Below, one piece after another: positions 18,889-27,752 of a stretch of DNA of 64,000 nt. Below the pieces are notes generated by a model, which worked only from the letters and a program-made list of their open reading frames with translations, ran no database searches and had not been told where the DNA came from. Position numbers and translations under genes: made by a program. This DNA comes from Bryobacterales bacterium. GTDB lineage: Bacteria > Acidobacteriota > Terriglobia > Bryobacterales > UBA6623. The stretch covers positions 6,109-70,108 of the forward strand of contig JAPPMB010000164.1 in NCBI GenBank assembly GCA_028819255.1. The letters run 5' to 3'. The first letter of the stretch is position 1. Each line of letters begins with the position of its first letter.

Positions 18889-19851
18889 TCAGAGAAACAG
18901 GTCGTCCGCCCGGGACTGCAGCCATCGAGCGCGCCGCTGGGCGATGTGGTTGAGCAGTCTGTACTCCTCGAACTCATCGGCATTGATCGCGAGCGCCTTC
19001 TCGAGCATTTCGTCGAACAGCTCCCGGTTCTGGGCCGGTACGGCGGCAGCTTCCGCGTAGGCGACGTACAAGCCCGCGCGCTCTCCGGAGGACAGCGCCA
19101 GCGCCCGCCGGAAGCTGCCCTCTACGAGCTCGGGATCGCCGCCTGTGGGTCTCGCCGCCTCCAGGCGCAACCGGAACTCGTGGAGCGAACCGCGGTCCCA
19201 GGACTCGTCGAGGTCGATCGCCTGCTCGATCAGCGCGTCGACCTCGCCGAGCCGCACGACCATGCGCGGATCGGTGGGGTCGGTCGATATCGACAGCCCC
19301 AGCGCCGCTCCCGCCCAGTAGAGCAGCTCGACGTCCTTCTTGCGGATCCGGCTTGCCGCCTGCCGGGGCGCGGTCCTAATGTCGTCGGTGAATCCGGGAT
19401 AGGCCGCCTCCAGCGCCCGCATGCTGAATCCAAGCGACCGCAGGTAGAGCCTCTTGGCGCGCTCCCGGAGGGCCTGCCCGCGCTCGAAGTCCTCCTCGAC
19501 GAGGATCTCGCCGGGAGTGTCCACATAGGCCAGCGCGTAGAGCGCGAACCCCTTGGCGGCGGTCACCAGCAGGCCCCTGTGGCGGGGCGTCACGTCGAGC
19601 AGGCTCTCTACCAGCTTCAGGCTGAAGGGGAGAGCGTCGCCGACGAGCTCGACGTCCGGGTCGGTCTCGTAGACGGACGTGCCGGAGGAGAGGGCGTCGC
19701 CGACCTGCCGAACCGCGAACTTCTTGACCGAGCATCCCCCGGTGAATGCGACGAATGCGATCGCAAGCGCGGCGGCCGCCCGCCGCCCGCCGCCCGCGGA
19801 TCCCGGCGGCGCTCCGCGACGGGCTTCGGATTCCGGGAGGGCGCCTTGCAT
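18889..19851 (-). CDS. TatT-family TPR protein (T-component of TPR-associated TRAP transporters)
   Basis: Lipoprotein-like N-terminus (AFVAFTGGCS). VGDALSSGTSVYETDPDVELVGDALPFSLKLVESLL matches my memory of the TatT (PF16811-like) N-terminus. Directly upstream of the DctP gene. Confidence 0.7.
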   Translation of the reverse strand: MQGALPESEARRGAPPGSAGGGRRAAAALAIAFVAFTGGCSVKKFAVRQVGDALSSGTSVYETDPDVELVGDALPFSLKLVESLLDVTPRHRGLLVTAAKGFALYALAYVDTPGEILVEEDFERGQALRERAKRLYLRSLGFSMRALEAAYPGFTDDIRTAPRQAASRIRKKDVELLYWAGAALGLSISTDPTDPRMVVRLGEVDALIEQAIDLDESWDRGSLHEFRLRLEAARPTGGDPELVEGSFRRALALSSGERAGLYVAYAEAAAVPAQNRELFDEMLEKALAINADEFEEYRLLNHIAQRRARWLQSRADDLFL

Positions 19852-19855
19852 GGAC

Positions 19856-21574
19856 CTAGAGGCCTAGCAGCTCCCGCACGAACTTGGCCGGAGGGGAGCC
19901 GAAGGAAAGCACCCTGTCGTGATACTGCTTCCAGTCCTCGATGGGCCCATGGAGGGCCTCCCAGTCTCTCCGCAGATCGTTGTGCTCCGTGATTCCGACG
20001 AAATACGTCGAGAGCTGGGCCGAGGTGAGCTGGGCGCGAATCCACTTGCCCGCCGCCTCACCGTCTTCCTGGTAGCCCTCCCCGACCATCATGTCCATCG
20101 CCTCTTCCTCGGTCATGGCGCCGGCATGGATCTTCTGGTCGAGGATCGAGTTGATGACCGCGCGCGACAGCATCTTCAGCTGCTGCATCTTGAACCGGGG
20201 GCCGCCATAGCCGTGCTCCGCCATGATCTGCTCCGCATATACCGCCCAGCCCTCCACGAATGTGCCCGAATAGAAGATCGAACGGACCATCGTCGGGGCC
20301 TGCATGCGATTCGAGTGGGCGATCTGCAAGTAGTGCCCCGGGATTGCCTCGTGGACGGTCAGATCCTGCAGCATGAAGTCGTTGTATTCGCGGTAGAACG
20401 ACAGCTTGCGCTCGGGCGTCCAGTCCTCCGGCGTCGGGGAGATCGCGTAGAACGTCTCTCCGTTCTCCTCCAGCGGGCCCGGGGAGTCGCAGTACGCAGT
20501 GGACACGCCCCGGCGAAACTCCGGCATCACAATGACCTGCAGGGGCTCCTCGGGCACCGTCACGAGGTTGCGCTCGCGCGTGAATCCGGCCACTTGCTCC
20601 AGGGATCTTCCGGCATCCTCGACGATGGAGGCGTCCGTCGGGTGCGAGTCCGCCAGCCCGTCCAGCACCGCCCGGACCACCGCCTGACGGTCGCCCAGCT
20701 CGTCGGCGCCCGCGCCCGGATTGGACTCCCGGTAGAGCGGCACGGCGGTCTCGTAGAGCTCGTCCTGAATTTCCGCCAGACGCTTCTGCGCCCTCTCCAG
20801 GATCTCCTCCATCGTGAGGTCCGAGTGCAGCGTGAAGGCGAGCTTGGTTCTGAATTTCTCCTCGCCGATCCTGAAGTTGCCGTTCGAGCGCGGCAGCAGG
20901 TCCTCCCGCAGCCATCGCGCATACTCCTCCAGCGCCGCCAGAGCCGATTCCCGCGCCGGAGCGAGTTCGGCCTCCATGTCCGGGGCTCCTGCCAGAATCG
21001 AGTCCAGATCGTCCCGGATGAGCGAGATCACTCCGTCGTTCTGACGGATTGCGGTCTCCGTGTGGATCCGGGGCGGGTTCCTTAGGTTGGCCCGGGCCGC
21101 GTCGATCACGGGCTGCACCCGCTCCAGCCGCTGCCTGAGGCTCGCCAGACGGGTCTCGAGCGGCGCGAAGTCCCGCGCCAGCAGGGAGTACAGGGCATCT
21201 CCCAGGCCGTACCGCATCGGGTTCCACTCGTGCTCGCGCAGCACTTCGGAGGACCAGATGCTGAACCGGAGGCTGTTGGCAAGAATCTCGTAGTCAACGG
21301 CGTTGGCGGGCCCGAGTTCGGCTGCGTCGATCGCTTCCAGGTCCGCCAGGAATCGTCTGCCCGACTCAATGCCGCGAGCGACCGCCTGGGCGGAGTAGTC
21401 GTTGAGCCGCCCGTCGCGCGAGTGGTCGCCCAGCGAGGTTGCGAATTCCGGATAGCCTTCCAGCATGTTCGCGATGTAGCGTTCGGCCAAGGCTACGAAC
21501 TGCTCGTCGGCGGACGGCCGGTCGCACGAGAGCGTGCCGAGCGCCAGGATCAGCAGTACGGCGCAACACCGCAT
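19856..21574 (-). CDS. DUF885 family lipoprotein (metallopeptidase-like HExxH)
   Basis: ATG 21574 gives MRCCAVLLILALGTLSC (lipobox). HEAIPGHYLQ motif. Overall DUF885-like strings (YPEFATSLGDH, YAISPTPEDW). Confidence 0.8.
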   Translation of the reverse strand: MRCCAVLLILALGTLSCDRPSADEQFVALAERYIANMLEGYPEFATSLGDHSRDGRLNDYSAQAVARGIESGRRFLADLEAIDAAELGPANAVDYEILANSLRFSIWSSEVLREHEWNPMRYGLGDALYSLLARDFAPLETRLASLRQRLERVQPVIDAARANLRNPPRIHTETAIRQNDGVISLIRDDLDSILAGAPDMEAELAPARESALAALEEYARWLREDLLPRSNGNFRIGEEKFRTKLAFTLHSDLTMEEILERAQKRLAEIQDELYETAVPLYRESNPGAGADELGDRQAVVRAVLDGLADSHPTDASIVEDAGRSLEQVAGFTRERNLVTVPEEPLQVIVMPEFRRGVSTAYCDSPGPLEENGETFYAISPTPEDWTPERKLSFYREYNDFMLQDLTVHEAIPGHYLQIAHSNRMQAPTMVRSIFYSGTFVEGWAVYAEQIMAEHGYGGPRFKMQQLKMLSRAVINSILDQKIHAGAMTEEEAMDMMVGEGYQEDGEAAGKWIRAQLTSAQLSTYFVGITEHNDLRRDWEALHGPIEDWKQYHDRVLSFGSPPAKFVRELLGL

Positions 21575-21600
21575 GCGCCCATTGTATGTTCGCTCTCCGG

Positions 21601-22020
21601 TCACAGGTCGAGAGCCTCGACCTGCCGGTCGACATCGTCCTCGCTGAGCGTCCCCACGAAGTTCTCCCGGAGGTGGGCCGAATCGTCGAAGATCTCGAAC
21701 AGGCTCATTTTGACGACCGCGTAGCGTTCGACCTCGTTGAGCTCCCGCTCCGCCCGCCGCTCCCATGTCGCGAAGCTCTCCTCGGGGGCGAAGACTACGA
21801 TCAGGAAGTGTGCGGCGCGGTCCGAAGTGCATCGGAAGACATAGTCGCGGCCGTCCAGGCTGTCCCGCGCAGTGTCCTCGTAGCCCTCGTAGGTGTACTG
21901 GTAGACGTAGCCGCTGTCGGCGGCGTAGGCCTTTTCCCTGCGGATCTGCGGGCGGCCGCGCAACTGGAGAGGCCTGACCGCCGGCTTTCCCCGCAATCGG
22001 GCCAGGAGTCGCCTCAGCAT
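21601..22020 (-). CDS. hypothetical protein
   Basis: 139-aa ORF with coding-like composition, tightly packed between neighbours (26 nt and 10 nt gaps). No family recognised. Confidence 0.55.
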   Translation of the reverse strand: MLRRLLARLRGKPAVRPLQLRGRPQIRREKAYAADSGYVYQYTYEGYEDTARDSLDGRDYVFRCTSDRAAHFLIVVFAPEESFATWERRAERELNEVERYAVVKMSLFEIFDDSAHLRENFVGTLSEDDVDRQVEALDL

Positions 22021-22030
22021 CGCTCGGAGC

Positions 22031-22633
22031 CTAGCCGAAACGCTGTTCCCGCACCGGATCCCCGTACATGTGGTAGCCCCGCTCTTCCCAGTAGCCGGCC
22101 CTGTCCCCGTCGACGAATTCCAGTCCCCGGATCCACTTTGCGCTCTTCCATGCGTACAGATGCGGCACCACCATGCGGAGCGGTCCGCCGTGCTCGGGTG
22201 TGAGGGGCTCGGGCCGGTGCGTGTCCGCGAGCAGCACGTCCTCGCGGAGCAGGTCGCTCAGCGGCGTGTTCGTTGTGTACCCGCCGTCGCAGTGCTGGAT
22301 GACGAACCCGGCTTCCGGGTGGGGTCTGGCGCGCTCGACGATGGTCCGGACGGAGACCCCCTCCCAAACGTTGTCGAACTTGCTCCAGGTGGTGACGCAG
22401 TGGAAGTCGGCCTGCACGCGGACGCGCGGCAGTGCCTGGAAGTCCTCCCAGGTCAACTCCAAGGGATGTTCCACGAGACCGCCGACCTTGAGGGTCCATG
22501 TGGCGGGATCGAATTCCGGAATCCTGCCGACGTGCAGGACCGGCCACTTGAGCGTGAGGGACTGCCCAGGCGGAAGCCGGCCAGCGTTCCTGTGCTCCCG
22601 CTCGAGCCTCTTTCGTTGAGTGACGCGGCGCAT
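22031..22633 (-). CDS. sulfite oxidase-like molybdopterin oxidoreductase (catalytic-domain-only type)
   Basis: ATG 22633 avoids overlap with the upstream gene. FHCVTTWS (Mo-ligand Cys context), GGPLRMVVPHLYAWKSAKW, YWEERGYH. Confidence 0.8.
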   Translation of the reverse strand: MRRVTQRKRLEREHRNAGRLPPGQSLTLKWPVLHVGRIPEFDPATWTLKVGGLVEHPLELTWEDFQALPRVRVQADFHCVTTWSKFDNVWEGVSVRTIVERARPHPEAGFVIQHCDGGYTTNTPLSDLLREDVLLADTHRPEPLTPEHGGPLRMVVPHLYAWKSAKWIRGLEFVDGDRAGYWEERGYHMYGDPVREQRFG

Positions 22634-22679
22634 CGCGGAATTCCAGATTACATCAGCCCGTCGCCGGGCCCCCGCATCG

Positions 22680-24383
22680 CTATTCCTCGATGCCGTGGCC
22701 CTCGATGACCTTGTGGTATGCGCCGCCGGCCACGTCCTCGAGAACGTCGACCGTGCCGCTCGGCCACCGGACCTCGATCGTTTCCGCCCGATCCGCCTCA
22801 CCGAGCCCGAGAAGCTCCCGCGGATCGTGCGAGGAGAGATAGCTGCCGCCGCTCGCCCGGTACCTGCTCCGCTCCATGTCGCCGGCCCTCCACGACACGG
22901 TGGCCCCCGTCGCGCCGGGGTTGCTGTCGGTCGGGACTAGGTTCAGGCCGACCCATCCGTGGCCGGCCTGCGTGTCGTTCCGCAGAAGAATCGGCGGTTC
23001 CCCGTTGTTCGAGACGAGCACGTCTCCGTCTCCGTCGTTGTCATAGTCGCCGACTGCAAGACCGCGCGAGGAGTAGTCGGCCTCGAACGCGCTTCCCGCC
23101 CCCTTGCTGACATTGCGGAAGTCGTTCCCAGTGTTTTCGAACAGGAGGAGGCGCTGGCGGTAGGTCACCAGAGGCTTCAAGAGGCCGATCATGTCGTCGG
23201 GGTGGCCGTTTGCCAGGATCAGGTCCGGGTCGCCGTCGCTGTCGAAATCGAAGAACTTGAGGCCCCACCCACTGAAGAGCCTCGTTTCCCTGCGCACCTC
23301 GACGGAGGCGTCCCGAAAGTCCAGGCCTTCGAGATTCCTGTACAGGCTGAACATCTCCTGGTCGATGTTCGCCACGAAGAGGTCCTGCCAGCCGTCCCCG
23401 TCGTAGTCGGCCGCATCGACCCCCATGCCGGAACGGGGCAGGCCGGAGTCGCTGTAGGCCACACCCAGGAGCAACCCTTCCTCCGAGAACGTGCCGTCGC
23501 CCTGGTTGACAAAGAGGAAGTTCTGGATCGTGTCGTTGGCCACGAAGAGATCCGGCGCCCCGTCCCTGTTGAAGTCGGTGGCGACGGCTCCGAACGACTT
23601 GCTGCCGACACTTGAGATGCGCGACTCGTCGCTCGCGTCCCGAAACGTGCCGTCGCCGTTGTTGCGGAACAGCAGGCACTTGGTCGGCCGGAACGACCGC
23701 GGGATGCAGTAGTGCCGCCTGCCCGCTTCGTTGTTGCCGCAGTACCTGGACTCGGACAGGCTGTAGGAGACGAAGCCTGACACGAACAGGTCGAGGAGCT
23801 GGTCGCCGTCGTAGTCGAACCACACTCCGTCGGTGTACCAGCCGTTCGAGGCGAGCCCGGCTTCTTCCGCCCTTTCCTCGAACGTGCCGTCGCCGTTGTT
23901 GCGGAACAGCAGATTGCGTCCGTAGGATGTGACGAACAGGTCGGTGTCCCCGTCGCCGTCATAGTCCGCTGCGGCCACTCCCATGCCGAACTGCCCTCCC
24001 TCGACTCCCGCTGCTTCCGTGACGTCGGTGAACGTGCCGTCCCGGTTGTTGCGGTAGAGGGCGTTCGAGAGCGACTCCTCGGGACTGAAGAAGTCCGACG
24101 GGCCGCTGTTCACCAGGTAGATGTCCATCCAGCCGTCGCCGTCGAAGTCGAGAAACGCGCATCCGGCACCGACGGTCTCGGGCAGGTGGCGCTCGTCGGA
24201 CATGCCATTCGTGTGAACCCAGTGGATTCCGCTGGCGCCGGGAGGAATCGGCTCAAAGCGGATCGGTCCCGGCGGGGCCTGCCCGCAAAGCGGTCCGACG
24301 ACCGGGCCCGCGCAAGCCAGAGCGGACAGGCCGGCCACGGCGATCGGCGATGGTGGGCGTTGCGTCATGTCTGCGATGCGCAT
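22680..24383 (-). CDS. CRTAC1/ASPIC-UnbV family FG-GAP repeat protein
   Basis: Seven DxDGDGxxD-type repeats ([55 protein letters not shown]...). UnbV_ASPIC-like tail ([17 protein letters not shown]). Confidence 0.85.
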   Translation of the reverse strand: MRIADMTQRPPSPIAVAGLSALACAGPVVGPLCGQAPPGPIRFEPIPPGASGIHWVHTNGMSDERHLPETVGAGCAFLDFDGDGWMDIYLVNSGPSDFFSPEESLSNALYRNNRDGTFTDVTEAAGVEGGQFGMGVAAADYDGDGDTDLFVTSYGRNLLFRNNGDGTFEERAEEAGLASNGWYTDGVWFDYDGDQLLDLFVSGFVSYSLSESRYCGNNEAGRRHYCIPRSFRPTKCLLFRNNGDGTFRDASDESRISSVGSKSFGAVATDFNRDGAPDLFVANDTIQNFLFVNQGDGTFSEEGLLLGVAYSDSGLPRSGMGVDAADYDGDGWQDLFVANIDQEMFSLYRNLEGLDFRDASVEVRRETRLFSGWGLKFFDFDSDGDPDLILANGHPDDMIGLLKPLVTYRQRLLLFENTGNDFRNVSKGAGSAFEADYSSRGLAVGDYDNDGDGDVLVSNNGEPPILLRNDTQAGHGWVGLNLVPTDSNPGATGATVSWRAGDMERSRYRASGGSYLSSHDPRELLGLGEADRAETIEVRWPSGTVDVLEDVAGGAYHKVIEGHGIEE

Positions 24384-24399
24384 GCACTGAAACTGGTCG

Positions 24400-25560
24400 T
24401 CATTGGCGGGGCATGGCGAGGATTTGGCCCTCGTAGAGCTGGTTCACCCCCTGCAGATCCCGTTCCTGCTGCCGGGCATTCAGCTCGGCAATGATCCCCT
24501 GCTGCCTGCGAAACTTGTCCGTCCGCTTCAGCTTGGCATACGCCCGCGCCAGCATCACGTGCGCCGGAGTGAAGGCGGGCTGGGCCTCCACGACCTGCTC
24601 CAGCAGGGCCTCGGCCTCGGCCCATTGACCCCGTGAGCTTTGCACCTGTGCGAGCAGGTACTGAACTCCGGTGTCGTCCTCGTTCAGGGAGTATGCGCTC
24701 CGGAGCAGCTCCAGCGCCGATTCGGAGTCTCCATCCTGCTGCACGAGCCAGCCGAGGAATGCGTTGGCGTTGTAGTCGTCCGGATTGGTCGCAAGTTCGG
24801 CGCGGAACTCCTCTTCCGCGCTGTCGCGCCGTCCCTCGTACATCAGGGCCACGCCGATCTGCGAATGCAGGGTCGGCAGGCCGCGTCCGGATGCCCTGGC
24901 CCGTTCGAGGGTCGTTACAGCCTCCCGGTACTGCCTCCTGGCAAGCTGCACCGAGCCCTTAATCAACAGTGCCTCCGGCCCCTCGTCGTCTTTCAGATAC
25001 CGATCGACAAGGGCTGCCGCCTGTGCCACCTGGCCGGTCTTGATGTACGCCGAGCAGAGCGTGAAGGCGGCCTGGCGGTTTGCCGGGTCGGACCGCAGCA
25101 CGCTCTCGAGCTTCGCGATGCCGGGCGCCAGCCTGTTCAGCTTCAGCAGGCAGAGGCCGTGCAGGTGCAGCGCCTGCTGGTTCGAGGGCTGCCGTTCCAG
25201 CACCCATTCGAGTTCCCGGCTCGCGCTGCCGTACTGCCCGGACTGGAAAAACGCCAGCCCGAGAAAGTACGCAATGCCTGGATGCTCCGGATCTGCCGTG
25301 CGCGCCTTGCGGAGGCCTGCAATCGCGTCGGCCACGCGACCTTGGCGCAGGTACGCCAGCGACAGGCTGGACAGCGCGTCCATTCGGCTCGGGGCGATGC
25401 GCACTGCCTGCTCGAAGGCCTGGACCGCTCCCTGCAGATCGCCCGACCGCTCGAGACGGGAGCCGCGGGCCAGTGCCTCGTCCACATCCTGCGCAAGGAG
25501 ATCCGCAGGCGGCGATGAAGCCGCGAGGATCAGGATCAGCGTGACGGTTCGTCCGACCAC
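24400..25560 (-). CDS. TPR repeat protein (secreted)
   Basis: 386-aa ORF with signal-like N-terminus [19 protein letters not shown] and about nine TPR-like repeats. Lies 16 nt upstream of the CRTAC1 gene. Confidence 0.8.
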   Translation of the reverse strand: MVGRTVTLILILAASSPPADLLAQDVDEALARGSRLERSGDLQGAVQAFEQAVRIAPSRMDALSSLSLAYLRQGRVADAIAGLRKARTADPEHPGIAYFLGLAFFQSGQYGSASRELEWVLERQPSNQQALHLHGLCLLKLNRLAPGIAKLESVLRSDPANRQAAFTLCSAYIKTGQVAQAAALVDRYLKDDEGPEALLIKGSVQLARRQYREAVTTLERARASGRGLPTLHSQIGVALMYEGRRDSAEEEFRAELATNPDDYNANAFLGWLVQQDGDSESALELLRSAYSLNEDDTGVQYLLAQVQSSRGQWAEAEALLEQVVEAQPAFTPAHVMLARAYAKLKRTDKFRRQQGIIAELNARQQERDLQGVNQLYEGQILAMPRQ

Positions 25561-25747
25561 GGGAAGCTGCAGATGCCCTTTTCGGCCCTAATGACCGTGG
25601 CGGCCGGCACAGGTCGCCTGCGGTCGGGGCGGAGACGGCGATTGCACGGGGAATTATAGCCGCGCACGGCGAGTCCGCGCGGCGGTTCCGGGTAGAAGTC
25701 CGCCCCATGTTGGAGGGGAGCCGGACGGCCACTGCTACATTGGCGCC

Positions 25748-27511
25748 ATGGGCCGGACTCTGACGCGACGGCAGGTCCTGGCGCTGGCTGGAGCCGGCTG
25801 TGCAGAGCTCGGCGCCCAGGGGGTCGCCTCCAGAGGGGTGCGCCCGCAGGCCCGGCCCAAGTCGTCCGGCCTGCCTTTTCGCGCACGGTTCACGGACGTG
25901 GCCCGGGCAGCCGGTCTCGTCCATCCGACCGTGTACGGTTCGCCGGACGATCCCCAGTACATTCTGGAGACGATCGGCTGTGGGGCAGCATTCCTTGACT
26001 ACGACAACGATGGCTGGCTCGACATCTTCGTGCTCAATGGCCGGAGAGTGGAGTCCGTTCCGGAGGGCGCGACGAACCGCCTCTATCGGAACAACAGGGA
26101 CGGGACATTCACGGATGTGACCGAGGCCGCGGGCCTGGCCCGAAGCGGCTGGGCGTCCGCTGTCTGCGTGGGCGACTACAACAACAGCGGATATGACGAC
26201 CTGTTCATCACGTACTGGGGGCAGAGCGCGCTCTACCGCAACAACGGTGACGGGACGTTCACGGACGTGACCGAATCCGCCGGTCTGGCACGCGAGGACG
26301 CGCGGTGGGGCTCCGGATGCACGTTCGTCGACTGCAACCGCAACGGTGACCTCGACCTGTTCGTTGCGAACTATCTGGAATTCGACTTCGAGACCGTTCC
26401 CCTGCCGGGCGAGTCGTCCGTCTGCGTGTGGAAGGGCGTGCCCGTCGTCTGCGGGCCGCGCGGTCTCCGACGGGGACGCAACCTGCTCTACCGCAACAAC
26501 GGGGACGGAACGTTCACTGACGTGAGCGTCGAGTCAGGCGTGGCAGCCGCTTCCGAGAGCTATGCTCTGACCGCCGCGGCCGCGGACTTCGACGGCGACG
26601 GCTGGCAGGACATTTTCGTCGCATGCGACTCGAGTCCGAGTCTGCTCTACCGCAACAACCGCGACGGGACGTTCACGGAGGAGGCTCTGGAGAGAGGGTG
26701 CGCCGTCAGCGAGAACGGCGCCGAGCAGGCGGGGATGGGGATTGCGGTCGGAGACTACGACCTTGGGGGGCATCTGGACCTGTTCAAGACACATTTCTTC
26801 GATGACACGAATGTCCTGTACCGGAACGACGGCGAGGGCTATTTCGACGACGTGACGCTACGCTCCGGGATCGGTGTCGAGACCCGCTACGTCGGATGGG
26901 GCGCCGGCTTTGCCGACCTCGACAACAGTGGCCTGCCCGACATCTTCCTGGTGACGGGAAGCGTATACCCGCAGGTGGCGCGCGAATTCGAACGCTACCC
27001 TGCCGCCACGCCCCGGGTTCTGTTCAGGAACCTCGGCGGCGGCCGGTTCGAGCAACTTTTTACCGAGGCTGGTCCGGCGGTCGGCGAGGCAAAGTCCAGC
27101 CGCGGCTGCGCCTTCGGGGACTTTGACAATGACGGGGATGTCGACATTCTGATCGTCAATCTCAACGAGCCTCCCTCGCTGCTGAGGAACGACCTTGCAG
27201 GGAGAGCCAACTGGCTCAAGGTCAAGCTGGTCGGAACCAAGTCCAATCGGAGCGCGATCGGGGCCACCGTGAAGGCGCACTACGGCGGTCGGGTCCAGGC
27301 CCAGGCAGTGCTCAGCCAGTCGAGCTTCCATTCCGCGAACGACACGCGGCTGCATTTCGGGCTGGGAGTGGAGACCCAGGCGGATCTGGAAATCCGATGG
27401 CCTTCGGGAGCGAAGGAGAAGTATGCTTCCGTGGCTGCAAACGCCTTGGTCCGGATCGAGGAGGGAGCCGGCATCGTGGCACGGGACGAGTGGGCCGAGA
27501 AAGCCTGCTGA
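25748..27511 (+). CDS. CRTAC1/ASPIC-UnbV family FG-GAP repeat protein (Tat signal)
   Basis: Twin-arginine-like leader MGRTLTRRQVLALAGAG. Repeated DYDNDGWLDIF / DFDGDGWQDIF / DFDNDGDVDIL motifs. Tail SSFHSANDTRLHFGLG. Paralogue of 22680-24383. Confidence 0.85.
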   Translation: MGRTLTRRQVLALAGAGCAELGAQGVASRGVRPQARPKSSGLPFRARFTDVARAAGLVHPTVYGSPDDPQYILETIGCGAAFLDYDNDGWLDIFVLNGRRVESVPEGATNRLYRNNRDGTFTDVTEAAGLARSGWASAVCVGDYNNSGYDDLFITYWGQSALYRNNGDGTFTDVTESAGLAREDARWGSGCTFVDCNRNGDLDLFVANYLEFDFETVPLPGESSVCVWKGVPVVCGPRGLRRGRNLLYRNNGDGTFTDVSVESGVAAASESYALTAAAADFDGDGWQDIFVACDSSPSLLYRNNRDGTFTEEALERGCAVSENGAEQAGMGIAVGDYDLGGHLDLFKTHFFDDTNVLYRNDGEGYFDDVTLRSGIGVETRYVGWGAGFADLDNSGLPDIFLVTGSVYPQVAREFERYPAATPRVLFRNLGGGRFEQLFTEAGPAVGEAKSSRGCAFGDFDNDGDVDILIVNLNEPPSLLRNDLAGRANWLKVKLVGTKSNRSAIGATVKAHYGGRVQAQAVLSQSSFHSANDTRLHFGLGVETQADLEIRWPSGAKEKYASVAANALVRIEEGAGIVARDEWAEKAC

Positions 27512-27752
27512 AGCAAGCGGCATGCCGTTGGCGGTCGATCAGAGGAGCCCTCTGCGCAGTTCGCAGAGACTCGATACGGACACCCACACAGGTTGTCGCG
27601 TTGCATTGCCGCCTTTTCCTGTGCAAGACCGAAGGCACCGTAATCCCGGCACCGACGTTCTGTACGTTCTCCGGCACTCAGGGGGCTGGGAATCTGTTCC
27701 GACCGCACGCTGCTAGGCTGGCATTGAAGGCGAAGCCGAAAGGAGACAGCCA

